Positions 59,132-64,000 of a DNA stretch of 64,000 nt are shown here, piece by piece. Made by a program: the position numbers and the translations under genes. This stretch comes from Picochlorum sp. SENEW3 (lineage: Eukaryota). The stretch is taken from the NCBI GenBank assembly GCA_034226945.1, contig CP120459.1, positions 682,001-746,000 on the forward strand, read 5' to 3'. A model generated the notes under the pieces. That model was not told the DNA's origin. It saw only the letters and a program-made list of their open reading frames with translations, and did no database searches. Position 1 is the stretch's first letter. Each line of letters starts with the position of its first letter.

Positions 59132-60100
59132 CTAGTCAGCTTTTGGCCCACCTTCTCCACGCTGTTGAATCCATTCCTCAGTCCCAGTTGTCCTCCCTGG
59201 CAGATTTGCCTCACTATCCCTCGTTTCGCGCACCATGGATAGTCGATCCTTCTCATCCTGTCTCTCTAGAATCTTTATTTCATCATTGGAGTATCCTTCC
59301 CGCAGAACTCGCGTGTATACATCGCAACATATTGCCGCCACAGCATTCTCTTCATCTGTTCGAGTTACATACCGCCGTGTTACATCTGCCACAGTATCAA
59401 GATCAACACCCACACACAGGTCTACTTTCTTCCCCCATCCCTCTTCATACAGCAATGGCTTGTCTACAATCCCTTCACAGGGATCCACATGAACCCAAAC
59501 ACCTTCTTTCTGTAACAAGACTTCATTCCACACATGATCTTTAAAATCCACAACCAATCGAACCTTATATCCCGTAGCCCTGCAACAAAGTCCAAAGCAA
59601 TTGGACCATTCCCCACAACGTCCCTTCTTTGTTTCAAGTAACTTTGTCGCATCATTGTACCGAGGAAACCTGATTGCATTTCCACACATGCCACATTGAT
59701 ACAGCTCCGTCCTGCTTGCACCACCATCATGCTGCTCTTCCACTGATGCTGGCACCACGCCCTTCAACGATGTCGAACCCATACAGTAGTCACACGCAGG
59801 TGCATTCACCCACTGGAAAAATTCCCGTTTAAACCATCCACACAGTTCCTCCAGCAAAGACCTTTCCTCAGTCAACCCTTGACACTCTTTCGAAAGGGTA
59901 CTCACGCGCTCATACGCCTTTCTATTCAACTCATCAATTGGGATTAAACTCAATGCTATACCAACCGCATCCTCGTATGCAGCCACCTTGCGTAATCCAT
60001 CGTCGATGGCTCTACGCAAAGCAACACATTCCTGCTGAATTCCCAAGGCAACGAGTTCCTGCCCTGCTATTTCAATCTGAGCATTCTTCTTCACATTCAT
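59132..60100 (-). CDS. PNG1: Cytosolic peptide:N-glycanase
   Basis: Motifs 'WFKREFFQWVN', two CxxC pairs, 'RFPRYN', 'GRCGEW', 'DHVWNE', 'HVDPCE', 'YEEGWGKK', 'GRTTG..EWI..RGE'. Confidence 0.93.
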   Translation of the reverse strand: MNVKKNAQIEIAGQELVALGIQQECVALRRAIDDGLRKVAAYEDAVGIALSLIPIDELNRKAYERVSTLSKECQGLTEERSLLEELCGWFKREFFQWVNAPACDYCMGSTSLKGVVPASVEEQHDGGASRTELYQCGMCGNAIRFPRYNDATKLLETKKGRCGEWSNCFGLCCRATGYKVRLVVDFKDHVWNEVLLQKEGVWVHVDPCEGIVDKPLLYEEGWGKKVDLCVGVDLDTVADVTRRYVTRTDEENAVAAICCDVYTRVLREGYSNDEIKILERQDEKDRLSMVRETRDSEANLPGRTTGTEEWIQQRGEGGPKAD

Positions 60101-60119
60101 AATTATTACAATAAAGAAA

Positions 60120-61448
60120 TTAATGGTGGTGTGCGTCGAGAAAAGCAGTACCGAGGTGATGCATGGTCACCTCACCTGAGGTCACCTCACCCAACTCTTC
60201 CAACGATTCAACCACTTTGATCTTTCTTCCAGCTTTCTTCGATACAAACGGCCTCATAAACGCTAAAATAGCTTTTAAGAATCTAGAAGGTCTGACGAGG
60301 ATGACATACTGTACATTCTTCCTGAAAGGTCTTGGCAGTGTCTGATACGCCCCCATGATCCAAAATGTGGGAAGCTTGGCCTTTTCTGCCGTAAACACAA
60401 TCACATAATCCCCAGCAGACACAACTGGCTCCAAGTGAGTCTTCACATATGTCAATGCAGACGATTTCATTCGAGGAGGCACCGCATCAGCATCCAACAC
60501 AATCACAGGCCTCCCCAATGCATCAATGCCTTCTTCATACACCAATCCTTTGAATGTCGACTCCCACTCCTCTCCCATATCAACAACTCTCCTCGTATTA
60601 CTGGCCACCGTCGCACCAGCAATATCCCCGGCGGCAGCAGCAGCATCATCTTTGGCATCCCCTCCGTCCTCAGTATCTTTGGCATCATCAATCTGAAGAT
60701 TCTGAGCACCCTCCTCTGCAGATATAGCCACTATATCATCACGCAGTTCCTCTTGTTCCTCCTCCTCATGATCATCATCACGCAGTTCCTCTTGTTCCTC
60801 CTCCTCCTCCTGCAGCGCATGGGCTGTCCCTGCCAATGACCGAGGACTCGTCACTGACGGCGATGGACACGCAGATGAACCAGCTGGTATAGAATCCGCC
60901 GTCATCCTCCTCTCATCCTCAGATATGACCATGCGAACCTCCACCCGCCCTCCCACCACCCCAACCCTCACATCAACATGTTGCTCCTCCTCCCCCTCTT
61001 CCTCCTGCACAAACGATGAAGGCGCCGCATCCAGCGATCCTCGCTCACCAATCGCATCCTCCTCTTCAATCATCACCCCAGACACCCCCATCTCCTCATA
61101 CACAGACTTGTCATCCTTCTCAGCATTCATGGAACTGGCTATAGACCTCTGATCAAAATCCCCCCTCTTCTTTACCCCCGCCCAATGAAGAGAATCCAAA
61201 CCAGGTGCACTGTAATCCTGATTTGCAAATGGCTTATCGCCCTGCTCCGCCGGATCCATTGTCGATACCTCCGTGTCCGTCCCAATCGTAGACACCCGCG
61301 GTGACATGGCAACCTCAGAATTCACACCACCGATAACATTCAGACTACCAGTGCTTTTCATATGGTCTTCCAGAGTCCCGTCTTCATCCTGCTGCTGCTG
61401 CCCAACGTGATCTCCGTCATTTGTCGCGTTCGAGGTTGTATGACTCAT
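60120..61448 (-). CDS. Acidic protein with a C-terminal CRAL-TRIO/BCH domain
   Basis: Motifs 'GIDALGRPVIV', 'GDYVIVF', 'YQTLPRPFRKNV', 'RPFVSKKAGRKI'. Confidence 0.8.
   Translation of the reverse strand: MSHTTSNATNDGDHVGQQQQDEDGTLEDHMKSTGSLNVIGGVNSEVAMSPRVSTIGTDTEVSTMDPAEQGDKPFANQDYSAPGLDSLHWAGVKKRGDFDQRSIASSMNAEKDDKSVYEEMGVSGVMIEEEDAIGERGSLDAAPSSFVQEEEGEEEQHVDVRVGVVGGRVEVRMVISEDERRMTADSIPAGSSACPSPSVTSPRSLAGTAHALQEEEEEQEELRDDDHEEEEQEELRDDIVAISAEEGAQNLQIDDAKDTEDGGDAKDDAAAAAGDIAGATVASNTRRVVDMGEEWESTFKGLVYEEGIDALGRPVIVLDADAVPPRMKSSALTYVKTHLEPVVSAGDYVIVFTAEKAKLPTFWIMGAYQTLPRPFRKNVQYVILVRPSRFLKAILAFMRPFVSKKAGRKIKVVESLEELGEVTSGEVTMHHLGTAFLDAHHH
60735..60806 (-). repeat. 33-bp direct repeat (period 39) encoding EEEEQEELRDD twice
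   Basis: atcatcacgcagttcctcttgttcctcctcctc occurs at 60735 and 60774. Confidence 0.9.
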
Positions 61449-61687
61449 ATCGGCTACTATCAACAACAATAAATGCTATATAAATACAATCAAAGGGATA
61501 TATGAATTAATATCGCACCCCAGTGGGCCATCCATAGAGAAACCATCCAACGACTGAGAGACCAGACAGAAAGGGCCCTTCTCCATGCCAGAGTAGTAGT
61601 ACTACGACTTGGCGCAAAGATAGAACAAGTATTACATCATTCCCAATACCTATATACTATATATATCAGAAGAACAGGAAAATATGC

Positions 61688-62080
61688 TTACTTCTTCTTT
61701 CCCTGCTGCTGCTTCTTCTTCCCAGCAGCCTTGGCTGCTGCCAACTCCTTGGCCTTTTGCAGCTTGAGCACCTTCTTCACAATTTTCTGCTCCTCCACAA
61801 GGAATGCACGAACAATCCTCTCCCTTACAACTCCAGCAGCCAAGTGCCCTCCATACGCACGATGCACCGTCTTGTTCTTCTTGCTAATCTTTTTCAATGT
61901 ATTTGGACGCACAGCTGGCAATCCATGAAGACGCTGACCAGACACTGGGCAGGTTGGGTGTGACACCTTTTTCTTTAAAGTCAAATACTGCAATTTCCCT
62001 CCTGGAGTCCTCACAATTCTCTGCTTATTCGACTTGGTCGCGTAGCTATGCCTACGGCGATAGGTCAGTCTCTGAACCAT
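61688..62080 (-). CDS. RPL34: Cytosolic 60S ribosomal protein eL34
   Basis: '[18 protein letters not shown]...RTPGG' and '[21 protein letters not shown]'. Confidence 0.97.
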   Translation of the reverse strand: MVQRLTYRRRHSYATKSNKQRIVRTPGGKLQYLTLKKKVSHPTCPVSGQRLHGLPAVRPNTLKKISKKNKTVHRAYGGHLAAGVVRERIVRAFLVEEQKIVKKVLKLQKAKELAAAKAAGKKKQQQGKKK

Positions 62081-62822
62081 GGTGCTCTCTGTATCCTCTC
62101 AATATATACCTGCATAGACACATATAGTGTTATTTATAATTATATTGGCATCAGATCGGCGCCTATTCATGGGAGGGCAGTATGGCATAGAAGAGGCTAA
62201 TGGCGTCGCCGTCACCCCCACGGCTCTTTCCCATACACGCGAGTCCCTTTGGAGTCATGAATGCCTGGATTTCATCAGCATACCTTTATATGTATATATA
62301 TTGTTCTATGGAGTGGCATGCGTCGAATATTTTTCTTCTTTCATGATGGACGAATGGGTCCCTTGCTGGCGTCGTCGCCTGCGAGGAGGGAACGGTTCTC
62401 CATCCATGGCGATGGGGAGTCTCAATCGATCAATTCACATTGGACAAAGTAATTCGGCGAACCTGTTCTTCTTCTGTTCATTCAGTCTCTGACGATGCCA
62501 TCTCGTCTTTTATACACTGGATGGAATCTCATGGTAGTTGGGAAGTCATCTTGATGTTCGTAGGACGTTTGGAGTGGAGGTCGGTGCGTCATACAGACAG
62601 GGGGAGGTGAGTGTGCATGACCTTGGTTGGTCAAAATTCTTCTCTCCACTAAGACATACTGCCTCCTTCCGCTACTGATAGTACTAAATAATGGCAGAAT
62701 GTATAGGAGATTTGATAAACTAGTCTTTAATAATGACGAGAAATGGACGTGCGTGTCTCGGTGTTTTCTGTTGAAAATTCAACCGAGTGCAGATAGGGTT
62801 TGTATCATGGCGTATGAGTAGA

Positions 62823-64000
62823 ATGGTCAGAAATTTAATAATTAGGACACATGAGAGGGAGAGTTCTGGTGCTGTTGGGAAGAATTCTCCCTCTTCTGTG
62901 ATGAATCCAAAGGAATCTTTCATTATCGACGAGACCAGGCGTGTCTCGAATGAGCAAAGGAGGAGGGGTGATTGTCATCGCCGTAGCAGTAGTAGTAGTA
63001 GTAGCTGTTGTGAGGATGCTGCTATAAATGGTGGTGGCTGGGGGAGTTCGTCAGTTGTACGACTGTCGAGTCTGTGTGTTGGGATGTGGAAGAGTAGGAG
63101 ACATGCGTCTCTGTGGATGATTATCGCGCCGAAGCGAGACGCGTTTGTGTTTGTTGTGGAGCATGAAGAGGTGGATATTGGTTCCGGGGTGTTGAGGCAG
63201 CTTGGGGCGGAGAGTCCGTTTGCTTCATCGAAAAAGACGCGTGGGACTCAGTCTGTGATGCGTGGGGTGAAAGATGAAGGACGTGGCGATGGCATGTCAG
63301 TTGCATTCGAAGTGAGATTTGATAGTGTGATGGGAGTTGATTATAGTAATCCTCTTGTTCGGAAAGGGAGGATGGTGGTGGAGGCATGCCATGTTGCGAA
63401 GAAGGAGTTTCCAAGTATGGATGATGTGTTGATGTATTATTATTGCTGTGATGAGGAGAAGCTCGCGACTCGCAAGTGTTCTTGTAGTGTAGATGAAGAG
63501 GAGACGCATTCGTGTCGCGATACGGATGTGGAACGGGATAGTATGCGGAAGAGTTTGTTGTCGTCCATGGATACAGTGGCTGATGATGTGTCCTTTGAAT
63601 TTGATACTGTGTGCGATCCACATGCATACAGAGATACAGTTAATAATAATAATAAAGAAGAAGAAGAGGTACAAAGTGGCAAAACGACTCTTGGGATGGA
63701 GAAGAATGGGACACATTCCATTGTGACGATGGACAAGATGCAAGCACGCGAGGGTTTCAGGAATCCTGCTAACAAAGACGATGTGAAAGAGCGAGTGGTC
63801 GAGGAGTATGATACACCTGTCAAAGTATACTCGTTTCGATCGATTTCTATTGAATGGACTGATGTTCATGTGCCTTGTGCACTGTTGCCAGTGTTTGAAA
63901 AGGACGAGAGGTTGTTGAAAATGTATGAGAGTGGTCTTCCGACATGGGCCAAGCTGCTTCCTGCATATGGCTTCTATTATAGACCATGGTTGAGGTCTTT
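62823..64000 (+). CDS. Uncharacterised conserved protein, truncated by the window edge
   Basis: The frame from ATG 62823 appears open to the edge (hence absent from the ORF track) and ends '...MYESGLPTWAKLLPAYGFYYRPWLRS'. Confidence 0.65.
   Translation, partial: MVRNLIIRTHERESSGAVGKNSPSSVMNPKESFIIDETRRVSNEQRRRGDCHRRSSSSSSSCCEDAAINGGGWGSSSVVRLSSLCVGMWKSRRHASLWMIIAPKRDAFVFVVEHEEVDIGSGVLRQLGAESPFASSKKTRGTQSVMRGVKDEGRGDGMSVAFEVRFDSVMGVDYSNPLVRKGRMVVEACHVAKKEFPSMDDVLMYYYCCDEEKLATRKCSCSVDEEETHSCRDTDVERDSMRKSLLSSMDTVADDVSFEFDTVCDPHAYRDTVNNNNKEEEEVQSGKTTLGMEKNGTHSIVTMDKMQAREGFRNPANKDDVKERVVEEYDTPVKVYSFRSISIEWTDVHVPCALLPVFEKDERLLKMYESGLPTWAKLLPAYGFYYRPWLRS

Noticed and set aside
62720..62923. Minus-strand ORF starting MKDSFGFI, like a cold-shock RNP motif
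   Set aside because: The rest of the domain is missing and the ORF is antisense to a long plus-strand CDS.

Overview
Eukaryotic nuclear DNA from a very gene-dense green alga. Evidence: short GT-AG introns mostly about 55-120 nt, TGTAA poly(A) signals, nuclear-encoded plastid proteins and stop-to-stop gaps as small as 6 nt; a Picochlorum-like trebouxiophyte is my inference. About 40 protein-coding genes are recognisable, including PGRL1, VTC2, gamma-CA, a WEE1/MYT1 kinase, BCCP, PRMT10, SCY1, a SMARCAD1-like helicase, peroxisomal ABCD, eIF(iso)4G, MIC10, DUS1, DDRGK1, VMS1, PNG1 and RPL34. The best hidden signal is an intron-split, AUG-initiated 32-aa uORF in the VTC2 leader, absent from the ORF track. 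It matches the conserved land-plant ascorbate-feedback peptide (GGRG...GGSPSD...GGG). Other highlights are a Firmicutes-type RNase M5 with an organellar-type presequence and a near-identical GC-rich tandem duplication (1812-bp period) of an orphan gene. There is also a catalytically dead IMP-like peptidase, several extremely tight same-strand gene pairs, and a secreted protein with a repeated six-cysteine module. Gene models and family calls come from manual reading and recalled motifs, not database searches. I recognised no tRNA, rRNA, CRISPR array or autonomous transposon.
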